Assembly (NCBI GenBank): GCA_023435305.1
Contig: JAEYRV010000053.1
Coordinates: 64,762-128,761 of the forward strand
Direction of reading: 5' to 3'
DNA from: Bacillota bacterium
GTDB taxonomy: Bacteria > Bacillota > Clostridia > Acetivibrionales > DTU013
Length of the DNA stretch: 64,000 nt
A model generated the notes under the pieces. It did no database searches. It was not told where the DNA came from and saw nothing but the letters and a program-made list of their open reading frames with translations. A program made the position numbers and the translations under genes. Positions 1-9,710 of this stretch are shown piece by piece. Within the stretch, counting starts at the first letter, position 1, and each line of letters opens with the position of its first letter.

Positions 1-918
1 GTTCCCAGAAGAGAACTTCTGAATAAAAAAGGCTATATTACGATAAATACAGTCGAGGCTGTCAGAGGCTGCAGCTTTCCATGCACCTTCTGCGCTTATC
101 CGGCGGCGTTTGGCAGTACTATCCACAAGCGCCCTGTAGATGAAGTTGTAAGAGAAGTCGAAACACTCAATGCCAAAATAATTGTTTTTCCCGATGTGAA
201 TCTGATCGCAGACAGGGCATATGCAATAAAGCTTTTTACAGCGCTTATTCCGCTGAAGATAATTTGGCTCGGACTTGTTACCTCACACATAGGAGTGGAT
301 GAGGAGCTTATAGCTATATTTGAAAAGAGCGGGTGCAGGGGACTGCTCATAGGCTTCGAATCGATCTGGCAGTCATCACAGAAATATATCAATAAAGGTG
401 TAAACCATGTCGAGGACTATGGGGAGTTGATGAAAAAGCTCCATGCCCATGGTATCCTGGTGCAGGGGTGCTTTGCCTTTGGGGGCGACGATGAGGATAA
501 GTCTGTATTTGAGCAAACCGCAGAGATGATCACAAAAATAAAGATCGATTTGCCCAGATACAGCATACTTACACCGTTTCCCAACACCCAGTTGTATAGA
601 GAACTGGACAAGGTAGGACGGATCACAGAACGCAATTGGGCGATGTATGATGTTGAGCACTGTGTTTTCAAACCTGCAAAGATGACTGTGGATGAGCTTG
701 AAGAGGGAATCATATGGGCATGGAAGCATACCTACACCGCAAAGGATATTGCAGCAAGGCTTGCTCCCTTTAGGCACAGCCCCTGGATGTCGATTCCGCT
801 TAATATGGGATATAGAAAATACGCCAATAAGTTTCTGCACTTTACAAGGGACATTATGTGCGACAACTCGGACATTCCGGTTCCGGCTGAAATCAGATCC
901 AGGGATGATCCAGAATAG
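1..918 (+). CDS. Radical SAM protein, paralog of the next gene (5' end outside the window)
   Basis: Frame 1 is open from base 1 and continues into the 196..918 ORF. The upstream translation reads ...VEAVRGCSFPCTFCAYP..., which is a CxxxCxxC radical-SAM cluster motif. Blocks such as LLIGFES and the C-terminal region align by eye with the 1066..2397 product. Confidence 0.8.
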   Translation, partial: VPRRELLNKKGYITINTVEAVRGCSFPCTFCAYPAAFGSTIHKRPVDEVVREVETLNAKIIVFPDVNLIADRAYAIKLFTALIPLKIIWLGLVTSHIGVDEELIAIFEKSGCRGLLIGFESIWQSSQKYINKGVNHVEDYGELMKKLHAHGILVQGCFAFGGDDEDKSVFEQTAEMITKIKIDLPRYSILTPFPNTQLYRELDKVGRITERNWAMYDVEHCVFKPAKMTVDELEEGIIWAWKHTYTAKDIAARLAPFRHSPWMSIPLNMGYRKYANKFLHFTRDIMCDNSDIPVPAEIRSRDDPE

Positions 919-1065
919 AACTATACCGGCACTGCCGTGGTGCGGCGAATAGGTTTAGTATACTTAATGGTGTATGCGCGCCGGAACTTATGCACAGACA
1001 TGCCGGAGCTTATGCATAGTTGTGCCAGATAATTTTGCACAGTACATATTACAAGGAGATATGAA

Positions 1066-2397
1066 ATGAAGCTGACATTTATATTGCCGGCAATAGGGAA
1101 AAAGCCGGGGCAGAAATATATTGGTACGTGGAAAATGGAGCCCTTGACCATCGCCGTGCTGAAAAGTCTGATGCCTGATGACATAGAGACAGCCTTTTAT
1201 GATGACAGAATCGAGCTGATTAACTATGATGAACCTACCGACATTGTGGCGATAGTTGTCGAAACATATACAGCTGCCAGAAGCTATGCGATCAGCAGGG
1301 CTTTCAGGGAAAGAGGAGTCAAGGTGGTCCTGGGGGGCTATCATGTGACGATGGTGCCTGAGGAGGCTGCGCAGCATGCAGATGCCATCATCACAGGCAA
1401 TGCTGAAGCGGTATGGGAAGAAATGCTGAAGGATTGCCAAAATGGTGAACTAAAGCCGTGTTACAGCGGCAGGACCGCATACAGCCCGTTGCTGCCGGAT
1501 AAGTCCATTTTTGCCGGGAAGAGATATATGCCGGTCTCTTTGACCGAGACGGGGAGGGGCTGCTGCAACAATTGCGATTTTTGTTCCATAGCAGGCTATT
1601 ATGGCTGTAAATATCATGCTCGTCCACACGAGCAAATTCTCAATGACATCAAAAGCTCTGAACATAAATATCATTTTCTTGTGGATGACAATCTGATAGC
1701 GGACAAGAAAAATGCAATGGAGCTTTTTGAAAAAATCAGGCCGATGAAAATCAAGTGGGCAGGCCAGGGCACCCTCAGCATGGCAAAGGATGAGGCGCTG
1801 CTGAAGGCCATGAAGGAAAGCGGCTGCGAGATCATCTTGATTGGCTTTGAAAGCCTTGAAGAGGAAAACCTGAGACAGATGAGAAAATCGGTAAATCTGA
1901 ATATAAAGGAAAGAGATGAACTGGTTAAGCGCATCCATGATGCAGGGATAGGCATTTATGCGACTTTCGTATTCGGCTATGATTATGATACAGAGCAGAC
2001 CATTGAAAATGCACTGCGTTTTTCAGAAAAACACAGGTTCTATACAGCAGCCTTCAACCATCTGCTGCCTTTCCCCGGTACGGGTCTGTATGAGCGCCTG
2101 AAGCAGGAAGACAGACTCCTGACAGAGAAATGGTGGCTTGCAGAGGATTACAACTATGGCGAGCTGGCATTCAAGCCGAAGAACATGTCACCGGAAAGGC
2201 TCAGCCGGCTTTGCCGGGATGCCAGGAAGGAGTTTTCCAATGGTAAAAACATACTTCGGAGAGGACTCTCTGCTATGGGAAGGACAAGCCCGCTGCTGTG
2301 GTTCTTGTTCTGGGCTATGAATCTGAGTATCGGCGGAGAGGTTGATGAAAAAATGAATGTGCCTGTTGGGAGGAATCTGGATGAACTTCCCAAATGA
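1066..2397 (+). CDS. B12-binding-domain radical SAM protein
   Basis: 443 aa ORF. The N-terminal Rossmann-like block (DIVAIVVETYTA...GVKVVLGGYHVT) is typical of the cobalamin-binding domain of class B radical SAM enzymes. It is followed by GRGCCNNCDFC (CxxxCxxC) and ILIGFESL. Confidence 0.85.
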   Translation: MKLTFILPAIGKKPGQKYIGTWKMEPLTIAVLKSLMPDDIETAFYDDRIELINYDEPTDIVAIVVETYTAARSYAISRAFRERGVKVVLGGYHVTMVPEEAAQHADAIITGNAEAVWEEMLKDCQNGELKPCYSGRTAYSPLLPDKSIFAGKRYMPVSLTETGRGCCNNCDFCSIAGYYGCKYHARPHEQILNDIKSSEHKYHFLVDDNLIADKKNAMELFEKIRPMKIKWAGQGTLSMAKDEALLKAMKESGCEIILIGFESLEEENLRQMRKSVNLNIKERDELVKRIHDAGIGIYATFVFGYDYDTEQTIENALRFSEKHRFYTAAFNHLLPFPGTGLYERLKQEDRLLTEKWWLAEDYNYGELAFKPKNMSPERLSRLCRDARKEFSNGKNILRRGLSAMGRTSPLLWFLFWAMNLSIGGEVDEKMNVPVGRNLDELPK

Positions 2398-3478
2398 TAA
2401 GTTTGAGCTTGTTCTTGCAGAACACAGCGATTGGCCTTATATAAAATCGATTTATAACAGCGGAGAATTTGATGGAGGGATCGCCGTACAATATTTAAGG
2501 GATCCAAACCCCATAGCTTCGTTTGAGCGGGAAGGGGAAAAAGCAGTCATTCTGATGCTCAGAGACAGGCAGGCGGACAAGACGGCCGGATTTGGAGCCT
2601 GTATTATCAAAAAAGTTTTCAAAGACAATAAAATCGTGAATATGGGGTATTTGACCGGCCTCAAGCTGTTGCCGGAATACCGGAAAAAGGTGTTGTTCAT
2701 TTCTTATGCCTATCAGAAGCTGTATGAGTATACTAAGGATTATGTAGACTTTTATTTCACAACCATACTACAAGAAAATACGGTAGTACAGAAGATGCTG
2801 GAGAAGCCAAGAAAGCTCATGCCCTTATATGAGTATCTGGGAGATTATCGGGTTTACTTCTGCAAATCGGGGATCAGGTCTTTCGGGAGTGGAGTAAATT
2901 CGCGCCGTGGTTCAAAAGCCCAGGATCGATACATAGCCAGACGGTGCTGCAGAAATGAGGCGGAGGCTTTCTTTGCCGGACAGTCTCAGATTGTGGATCT
3001 ATCCCTGGAAAGCATATCGTCGTACGACCTGAAGAATGCTGTCTATTATGGATTATACAAAGAGGGCGCCTTGTGTGCATGCGGCTATGTTCTGAATCAA
3101 CAGCATTATAAGCAGTATGTAGTAAAAAATTATAGCGGAATATACAGGTTGATAAGCAAGCTTCCCACAAGGCTGCTGGGTTACCCTTCATTTCCGCGGA
3201 TAAATAAAGCCGCTAACTGCGCTTGCGCAGGTTTGTGGGCAGAGAACGATAATGCAGCCCTGGCACACAGGCTGTGGCAGTTTATGAGACAGGACGCAAG
3301 AGAGTTCGATTTTATAATGATTGGCTTGCATGAAAGCCACCCCCTCAGATCATATTTTGATAAAACCAAACACATCCAGTATGACAGCCGTATGTATATT
3401 GTCGACTTTGAGCATGACAAAAAAGCTTATGAATCGCTCTTTGGGAAAAAGCTATATGTAGATGTCGCATTTCTATAG
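2381..3478 (+). CDS. Hypothetical protein, possibly a two-lobed GNAT-like acyltransferase fold
   Basis: ORF 2357..3478. I prefer the ATG at 2381 because GGGAGG lies at 2368-2373. That start overlaps the upstream stop (2395-2397) by 17 nt, which suggests translational coupling. The GNAT-like assignment is only an impression from the sequence pattern. Confidence 0.6.
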   Translation: MNFPNDKFELVLAEHSDWPYIKSIYNSGEFDGGIAVQYLRDPNPIASFEREGEKAVILMLRDRQADKTAGFGACIIKKVFKDNKIVNMGYLTGLKLLPEYRKKVLFISYAYQKLYEYTKDYVDFYFTTILQENTVVQKMLEKPRKLMPLYEYLGDYRVYFCKSGIRSFGSGVNSRRGSKAQDRYIARRCCRNEAEAFFAGQSQIVDLSLESISSYDLKNAVYYGLYKEGALCACGYVLNQQHYKQYVVKNYSGIYRLISKLPTRLLGYPSFPRINKAANCACAGLWAENDNAALAHRLWQFMRQDAREFDFIMIGLHESHPLRSYFDKTKHIQYDSRMYIVDFEHDKKAYESLFGKKLYVDVAFL

Positions 3479-3492
3479 GAACAGAAGGACAC

Positions 3493-3820
3493 ATGGTAAC
3501 AGTTCCTTTATGTCAACCGACTTTCAAGGGGATGATAAAGTTTAGCCGTATTTTTATCAAAACGGAAAGACCTGTGCAGAATGCTGACTGCGAGCAAGGA
3601 TACTGGGTATTTACTTCAGTAAATATCGGGGATAATGTTTCCTGTAAGCATGCTCCCGAGTGTGCTGGAATATGTCGGGATGGTACTGCCTGCTGCGTGG
3701 GGATTCAAACTCATGACGAGTGAAGTATTTGACATTAAGCTGCTAATACTGCTCATTGTTATCACGCTGACAGCAATTTTGCTTAATGTGTGTAAGCTAT
3801 TGAAGATTCGGCTTGAGTAA
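3493..3820 (+). pseudogene. Probable remnant of an ABC-2-type transporter permease C-terminus (frameshifted fragment)
   Basis: The 3635..3820 ORF (MFPVSMLPSVLEYVGMVLPAAWGFKLM...) resembles the last TM segments of ABC-2 permeases. A second frame upstream (…GYWVFTSVNIG…) could join it across the GGGG run near 3627-3630. There is no ATPase partner and no intact N-terminus. Confidence 0.3.
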
Positions 3821-4084
3821 TTAGCAGGGCAGACTTTCTGAAAAGTATCCTGATTATGCGGAAAACTCTTAGGGGACTACTCGTTTTTGCAGCTTTTGAA
3901 CAAAAATACGTTCAGAAAGAGCTGTTTTAATGAATAGAAGGCTTATTTCATAGACAATAGACATTTAAAATCTAAAATTTTCTCAGAAATATCGTACATA
4001 ACTTGAAAAAGTGAGTAGTGCCCCCTGCTTCCTTGATGTAAATGTTTGGCTATTGTATTTTGTGATAATGCAGGATAGTATAAA

Positions 4085-4939
4085 ATGTATAATACAAAAT
4101 GCATAAAGGTGGGCTGCCGCTTGAAAATAAAGTCAACAGTGATTATTGCATTATCAGTAATATTGGTTTCTATATCAGTTATCGCCTTTTCTATAGTAAT
4201 GAGAAACAAGCAGGAGCCGAAGACGGATGGGGCGATTGCTGCATCTGACAAAACCGGCGAGGTCAGTCAGCAGCCTTCGGGCGACAATGAAGGAGACAGT
4301 ACCAAAGTGCCTGACGAAAGCAGTGAGAAGCAGTCAGAGGGTACCGAAGACAGCGGTGTTAAAATACCTGACGGGAGTAGTCAGCAGGATGGAGACGCAG
4401 ATGAACCTGAGGGTAGTATTATTGCGCCAGAGAATGCTAAAGAAATTATCGGTGAAACCGCAGGCCTGGTTCTCCGGGCAATAGCGGACAAAGATTTTGA
4501 TACAGTGTCAGATTATACACACCCGGAGTTTGGTGTTAGATTTACTCCGTACACATTTGTTTCTGTTGAGAGTGATTTGGTCTTTACTAAAAATGAAATA
4601 AAAAACTTTCTAAATGACGTGAATGTTTATCATTGGGGCTATTACGATGGTTCGGGCGAAGAAATCAAGTTGACTCCCGGCGAGTACTACGAAAAATTTA
4701 TATATCCCGCGGACTTTGTAAATGCTCCGCAAGTCGGATATAATGAGGTTTTAAGCTTCGGCAACATGTTGGAGAACCAATTTGAAGTATATAAGGGTGC
4801 AATCATTGTCGAGTACTATTATCCGGGATTCGATCCCCAGTATGGCGGAGCGGACTGGAGAAGTCTCAGACTGGTATTTCAGCAATATAAAGGGGAATGG
4901 AAGCTGACAGGGCTGATAAACAACCAGTGGACGACATAA
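4085..4939 (+). CDS. Hypothetical membrane-anchored or secreted protein with an acidic low-complexity linker
   Basis: 284 aa ORF. It has an N-terminal TM or signal anchor (VIIALSVILVSISVIAFSIV), a D/E/S/G-rich linker, and then a globular C-terminal domain. Confidence 0.7.
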   Translation: MYNTKCIKVGCRLKIKSTVIIALSVILVSISVIAFSIVMRNKQEPKTDGAIAASDKTGEVSQQPSGDNEGDSTKVPDESSEKQSEGTEDSGVKIPDGSSQQDGDADEPEGSIIAPENAKEIIGETAGLVLRAIADKDFDTVSDYTHPEFGVRFTPYTFVSVESDLVFTKNEIKNFLNDVNVYHWGYYDGSGEEIKLTPGEYYEKFIYPADFVNAPQVGYNEVLSFGNMLENQFEVYKGAIIVEYYYPGFDPQYGGADWRSLRLVFQQYKGEWKLTGLINNQWTT

Positions 4940-5086
4940 CTAGGCGGTCAAATATCCCGCTTAGTTGAAATACTGCTAAGGCTCTTTGAATCGAGGTGTT
5001 ATAACTAGGTCCGCTGCCTCGTTGAGATACAGTCAGCTTAAGAATTTGAAGTGTTACAGTATGTTGCAGACACGCCAGATAAATGT

Positions 5087-5668
5087 CTATCTAACGTGCC
5101 TGGCACCTAGCAAATTAAGAAGAAACTCCATTAAAGCGGCTTTTTTAGCCGCTTTGCTTATTTCTGCACTGTTATGGAGCACTGCGCTTATACCGGATAA
5201 CAGGAAGTCGGTCAACAGATCCATATCTGTATTTGGAGGAGAAATTTCTCCACGCCTTGTGTAGTCAAGGAGAAGCTCGCTGAATATTGGCTTTAGCGAG
5301 AGGAGTGTCTTTTGATGAAGCATTGTCAGTACTTCTCTGTTGGCAGAGCCGCTGTTCATACTTCGGTATTCCTCCAAAGAGCTTTCCAGGTGAGATAATA
5401 TGTGTTCTATCAGCTCCCAGAAAGCCTCTGCTTTTCCTTTGTTTATGATCTGCCTTAGATCCTCGATATACCTTGTATTATATTGTTCCAGCACTTCTGA
5501 GAATATCGCTTCCTTGGAGGAAAAGTGATGATAAAACATGCCGATCTCTCCGTTTGCCTCACCAACGATAGAACGAATGGAGGTTTTTTCATAGCCTTGC
5601 TGCATAAACTGTCTGAATGCTATTTCAAGTAATTCCTGCTTTCTATGCTCGGGTTTCATTCGTGGCAT
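5087..5668 (-). CDS. TetR/AcrR family transcriptional regulator
   Basis: The N-terminal HTH block (ELLEIAFRQFMQQGYEKTSIRSIVGEANGEIGMFYHHFSSKEAIF) is typical of TetR. The ORF can start at 5677; the ATG at 5668 has better spacing to AAAGGA. It lies 33-42 bp downstream of the hydrolase gene on the same strand. Confidence 0.85.
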   Translation of the reverse strand: MPRMKPEHRKQELLEIAFRQFMQQGYEKTSIRSIVGEANGEIGMFYHHFSSKEAIFSEVLEQYNTRYIEDLRQIINKGKAEAFWELIEHILSHLESSLEEYRSMNSGSANREVLTMLHQKTLLSLKPIFSELLLDYTRRGEISPPNTDMDLLTDFLLSGISAVLHNSAEISKAAKKAALMEFLLNLLGARHVR

Positions 5669-5710
5669 TTCTGTCATCCTTTCTGTTATGAATCTACATT
5701 TTTGATGATT

Positions 5711-6661
5711 CTACACTTGTGATGTTTTCATATATAGAACATGCTCTTTATTGTAGCTGCGTATCCCCCTCCTGATTATTACAGGCATGATAAGATAACG
5801 AAATAGCGCATTGCCTGGATGCAGCCACTCCTTATGGTAAATGGGTGGCATGACCGGTGGTTCTGAATCCATTCCAGCTGAAATTGTGGATAATGAGCAA
5901 CCCTCATCGCTGCCCAATTTTGCGATCACCTCTCCGGCTGCATTTGTGATCAGAGATCCGCCCATCAGCCTGAAGCTTTCATTAATGGCTTTGACTCCGA
6001 TGCCGCCTTTGAATTCAGGGAACGATCCGACAGCGTTTATATATATGGTAGGTACTCTCAAATATTTAGAATATGCAGAAGTAACTGTATATGGCTGTTG
6101 ATCAAAATGTGTCAGGTCTTTTTCAGATATTTGGGCGCTGGTTTTATAAGGAGCAGGACTTGCATGGGGCATCAGCATGAAGTCAATGCCGGCGGCCTTC
6201 ATTCGTTGAAGTCTCCCGGCATAATGGTTGTCAGCGCATAAGCCTATCCCGATCCTTCCGATGTCGGTATCTATAAAAGTATCACCGGTACAGCGCTTGA
6301 AACAGTATGCTTCTGCATTTTCCTTGCGGATTATGCCGCATATATTTCCTTTTGGGCCGCTTAACAGGTATGAGTTATAAAAATCCCTGCCATCAGTCTC
6401 TATAAATCCAGCTCCTATGTATATCCCCAGCTGTGCAGAAAGCCCGCAAGCCCATTTGACGGTCTTCCCATCCGCTGCCTCGGCATATTGCCAGATAGAC
6501 TCGTTGGGAATATAACCGCAGCCGGAAAGCTCTGGCAGTACTGCAATATCAGCTTCTTGAGCTGCTGCTTGTTCAATCATTGAAGCAGCCTTGATGTATC
6601 CTGCCGCCTGTTCCTCGTAATAGTTTTTCAGCTGTATCATGGCGATTTTTACATTTTTCAT
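5711..6661 (-). CDS. Carbon-nitrogen hydrolase (nitrilase superfamily) protein
   Basis: 316 aa. The Glu motif VLPELSGCGY and the Cys motif IGIGLCADNHY are characteristic of the CN-hydrolase E-K-C triad. A GGAGG RBS precedes the ATG at 6661. Confidence 0.8.
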   Translation of the reverse strand: MKNVKIAMIQLKNYYEEQAAGYIKAASMIEQAAAQEADIAVLPELSGCGYIPNESIWQYAEAADGKTVKWACGLSAQLGIYIGAGFIETDGRDFYNSYLLSGPKGNICGIIRKENAEAYCFKRCTGDTFIDTDIGRIGIGLCADNHYAGRLQRMKAAGIDFMLMPHASPAPYKTSAQISEKDLTHFDQQPYTVTSAYSKYLRVPTIYINAVGSFPEFKGGIGVKAINESFRLMGGSLITNAAGEVIAKLGSDEGCSLSTISAGMDSEPPVMPPIYHKEWLHPGNALFRYLIMPVIIRRGIRSYNKEHVLYMKTSQV

Positions 6662-6674
6662 GTGCAGCCTCCTT

Positions 6675-6722
6675 ACAGAACATTGTTCTTTAATTATATT
6701 CTACAGAACATTGTTCTGTCAA
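6675..6722 (-). promoter_or_regulatory. Sigma-A-type promoter with two palindromic operators (probable TetR sites) for the hydrolase-TetR operon
   Basis: On the minus strand the promoter reads TTGACA (6717-6722), an 18 bp spacer, then TATAAT (6693-6698). A perfect 8-1-8 palindrome, ACAGAACATTGTTCTGT (6703-6719), fills the spacer. A second copy, ACAGAACATTGTTCT (6675-6689), sits between the -10 box and the RBS. Confidence 0.65.
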
Positions 6723-6918
6723 TATGATATGGTGCCAGGAGTACCAATCGGATGGTTATTAAACAGTACGTGCCAATAAGTGTCTGGCTCCCGTGCATGA
6801 CATAACATTCAATTTTATGATATTATATGGATATTGATGTAAAGCGTTTTTTTGTTAATAACGTCCTAATGGTATAAACCATCGTATATCTATATATTGA
6901 ATAATATAAAAGGCAGAA

Positions 6919-8340
6919 ATGGTTATGAAAAAGTATATTTTTGCTGTGCTCGTATATGCGCTGCTTCTGACGGGTGCCAGCGATTCATTTGCAGTCGGAC
7001 TGCAGACCAGGGGTATTGACGGATACACCGGAGATATCGACGCATATATGGAAACATCGATGAAGCAGGCTGGAATACATAATTTGTCGATCGGAATAGT
7101 CAGGAATGGGGAAGTAGTTTACCTGCGGGATTATGGAAGATCGCCGGACAGCGGGGACATTATTTATCCGATCGGTTCGCTGAGTAAAATGTTCACGGCT
7201 CTTGCTGTCAGGCAATTGATAAATGACGGCAAACTGAAAGAAGATGCACCTGTTGGCCAGTATCTTCCTGGCTTTAGTGTCAGCTATCAAGGAAATGATG
7301 CAGTTGTAACGATCGGGCAGCTGATTAGACATACAAGCGGCATTTCGGTGATCGACGGCGGTATGCCGTACATCTATAAAGCCGGACACTCACTGTCTGA
7401 TATCGTACAAAAGTCTCTGGACCTGAAGCTGAACAGCAAACCAGGGACTGTATATGAATACTCCAACCTGAATTACATATTTCTTGGAAGGATCGTCGAG
7501 GTGGTTTCGGGGCGCTCGTATATGGATTATGTAAATGAGAACATTCTCGAACCGCTCCGTATGGAACACACCTTCCCAACTGATGCGGGGCTTGAGGACG
7601 GAAAACACATAAAAGGGCATATGCCATTTTATGGGGCGCAGGTTCCCGTATCATACCGCATTTCTGCCGGGGATTCACCTGCCGGAGGTTTCCTTTCAAC
7701 GGCAGAGGACCTTTGCCGCTTTATGATCTGTTATCAGCAAGGCAGTCAAACTGGCGAGGGCTCGCTGATCAGCGGGAATGAAGTTTCAGACTGGCAGTCT
7801 TCAGGGTCTGATGTGTATTATGATATTTATTGGACGATAATCAATTGCAAGCCGGGTATGCGTTTCACCCACAACGGATCTCTGCCGGGGTATTCCTCTT
7901 CGGTCCTGCTGGACACCGATTCCGGCTATAGTATTGTGGTACTTGCCAACTCCTTTGATCAAATGAGTCTTCAAATAAACGCCTCCACTCCATGGAGCAT
8001 CGCAGAGGATGTTCTGGAGTACCTGACAACGGGCAGGTTCCCTGAAAGGACCGATGTTAAATATGATTACTCCATCATGATCTGGCTGATATGCCTGCTC
8101 GCGGGACTTTTGGTTTTTACATTGTTCATGCTCCGGTGTAAAATCAAAAACAAACTTATTGTTATCATTTTCCTAGTGATACCAATACTTTGGATCGTTT
8201 TGGTGCCTCTCATATACGACAGCAGTTGGGAATGGCTGCTTGTGTCCAATCCTGCAGTGAATGTCGGACTGCTTTGTATCATGACGACACTTGCTTTGGT
8301 TGGGATAGTGAAAATACTTGGTTCCAGGCACAACACTTAG
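6919..8340 (+). CDS. Serine hydrolase (beta-lactamase/PBP4* family) with a C-terminal multi-TM region
   Basis: 473 aa with a signal peptide. It has the S-x-x-K motif GSLSKMFTA and a YSN-like motif (YEYSNLNY). The C-terminal roughly 90 aa are strongly hydrophobic. Confidence 0.8.
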   Translation: MVMKKYIFAVLVYALLLTGASDSFAVGLQTRGIDGYTGDIDAYMETSMKQAGIHNLSIGIVRNGEVVYLRDYGRSPDSGDIIYPIGSLSKMFTALAVRQLINDGKLKEDAPVGQYLPGFSVSYQGNDAVVTIGQLIRHTSGISVIDGGMPYIYKAGHSLSDIVQKSLDLKLNSKPGTVYEYSNLNYIFLGRIVEVVSGRSYMDYVNENILEPLRMEHTFPTDAGLEDGKHIKGHMPFYGAQVPVSYRISAGDSPAGGFLSTAEDLCRFMICYQQGSQTGEGSLISGNEVSDWQSSGSDVYYDIYWTIINCKPGMRFTHNGSLPGYSSSVLLDTDSGYSIVVLANSFDQMSLQINASTPWSIAEDVLEYLTTGRFPERTDVKYDYSIMIWLICLLAGLLVFTLFMLRCKIKNKLIVIIFLVIPILWIVLVPLIYDSSWEWLLVSNPAVNVGLLCIMTTLALVGIVKILGSRHNT

Positions 8341-9710
8341 CGAGCGCCTGAAACCATCTCGAATATTGCTTCAGGCCGGGCTCCTTTTACGTTGATCTCA
8401 ACCAGGATATCTCCGTAGAGTATGCCGAACCGCATCCTCGGGCCTGATATATCCCCGGAGTCCGCAACCTCATATGTCCGCCGCAGGACTGTATCCAGCG
8501 TCAGCTCTTCACTTAGGAAGATGGGATCGTCGACGATCTCACGAAGTTCATCCGGAACCGAATCTGCACGCGGAATAGGATAGAACGAAAGGTCGTAGCT
8601 GCGCAGGTCTTTGGTGGAGGTTATCCGCTTTTTATCTCTTTCAGTCAGCCTGGAAACATGCCAGTCGATATGCCCCATGCCTTTTGCCCAAAGGGCGGTA
8701 AGTTCATCACGCTCCTGATTGATAAAGCGTATGGCATCTTCAAATACGAAGCCGTCCGGGAGCGCTGCCGGCAAATATGAGCCGAAATCTGGGTCTGCAC
8801 GTGCCTCGTCCAAATCGAGCCGGTCATTACGCAGCTCGGGTATGACAGGATCAAGTATTTCAAGGTTAGCCGCTCCTCCGTTAATGAGCAGACCAATGAG
8901 TGTGGTGATCTCTTCCCTGACCGTTTCTTTTTCCGAATCTCTGCCGGCAAGCTCAACATAATAAGCTATATCGGAAAGCTTGAAGTTAACAAAGCAGATG
9001 ACATCGCTTTCTCCCTTACTGTTCGGACTGCTCTCAAAGTATCCTGCCGTAACTTCTGTACCCATGACATCCGTGGTATTGATGTCTCCGTCGATAATAT
9101 AGTCGATCGATGTTTCGCCGGGTGCGATCTGAATATACGCTCCGAGGCCGGATACAGTTGCTGTATGAGCATCAATGCTGAATAGGGATGCGCCGTTTTC
9201 ATCGCTCATGAAATTTGCGGTGGCTGTGATGTTGTATTTTAGAACCAGGCCAGGAAAGATTGCCTTGAGTTCATTATTATTAAGCTCCTGCCAGAAATGG
9301 CCTGGGATATAAATTTTGGAAGCCGACTGCATGCCGGCTTTATTGAAAGTAAGAGAGAAATCCTTTGGAAGGACGGATACAGGGATATCTTTGTCGTACT
9401 TACCATCTGGTACAGGTTTATCCATATCCGGCTGTAATACAGAGAAATTGCCATCTGATGTCGATTTGTCTGTATCCGGCTGTAATACAGAAGGATTATC
9501 ACCTGGTATCGACACTGGGCTTCGCTGCAACAGCTTCGGCACAATAGCAGTGCTCAGTAATATCAGGGCAAAGAGGCAAGTGACTGCGGCAAATCGCTTG
9601 AGAATTATCGTTGAGCGTACAGATGCGTTGTTGTTGCGGCCGGCTAATATTTTTCGGTGCAGTGTGTCGGAAACTGATATTTTGTTAATGTATTCTTTAT
9701 ATACTTTCAT
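8337..9710 (-). CDS. Putative anti-sigma factor or membrane-anchored protein cotranscribed with an ECF sigma factor
   Basis: I start the ORF at MKVYKEYINK (9710), which overlaps the sigma gene stop by 14 nt. It has a single TM (FAAVTCLFALILLSTAIV) and a large extracytoplasmic part with an internal duplication (SVLQPDTDKS / SVLQPDMDKP). Confidence 0.7.
   Translation of the reverse strand: MKVYKEYINKISVSDTLHRKILAGRNNNASVRSTIILKRFAAVTCLFALILLSTAIVPKLLQRSPVSIPGDNPSVLQPDTDKSTSDGNFSVLQPDMDKPVPDGKYDKDIPVSVLPKDFSLTFNKAGMQSASKIYIPGHFWQELNNNELKAIFPGLVLKYNITATANFMSDENGASLFSIDAHTATVSGLGAYIQIAPGETSIDYIIDGDINTTDVMGTEVTAGYFESSPNSKGESDVICFVNFKLSDIAYYVELAGRDSEKETVREEITTLIGLLINGGAANLEILDPVIPELRNDRLDLDEARADPDFGSYLPAALPDGFVFEDAIRFINQERDELTALWAKGMGHIDWHVSRLTERDKKRITSTKDLRSYDLSFYPIPRADSVPDELREIVDDPIFLSEELTLDTVLRRTYEVADSGDISGPRMRFGILYGDILVEINVKGARPEAIFEMVSGAR

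Noticed and set aside
6919-8340. Annotating the two beta-lactamase-family proteins (6919..8340 and 32181..33329) as antibiotic-resistance beta-lactamases.
   Set aside because: The S-x-x-K serine hydrolase family includes many esterases, peptidases and PBPs. One protein has a multi-TM tail and the other lacks a signal peptide. Neither feature is typical of secreted resistance enzymes.
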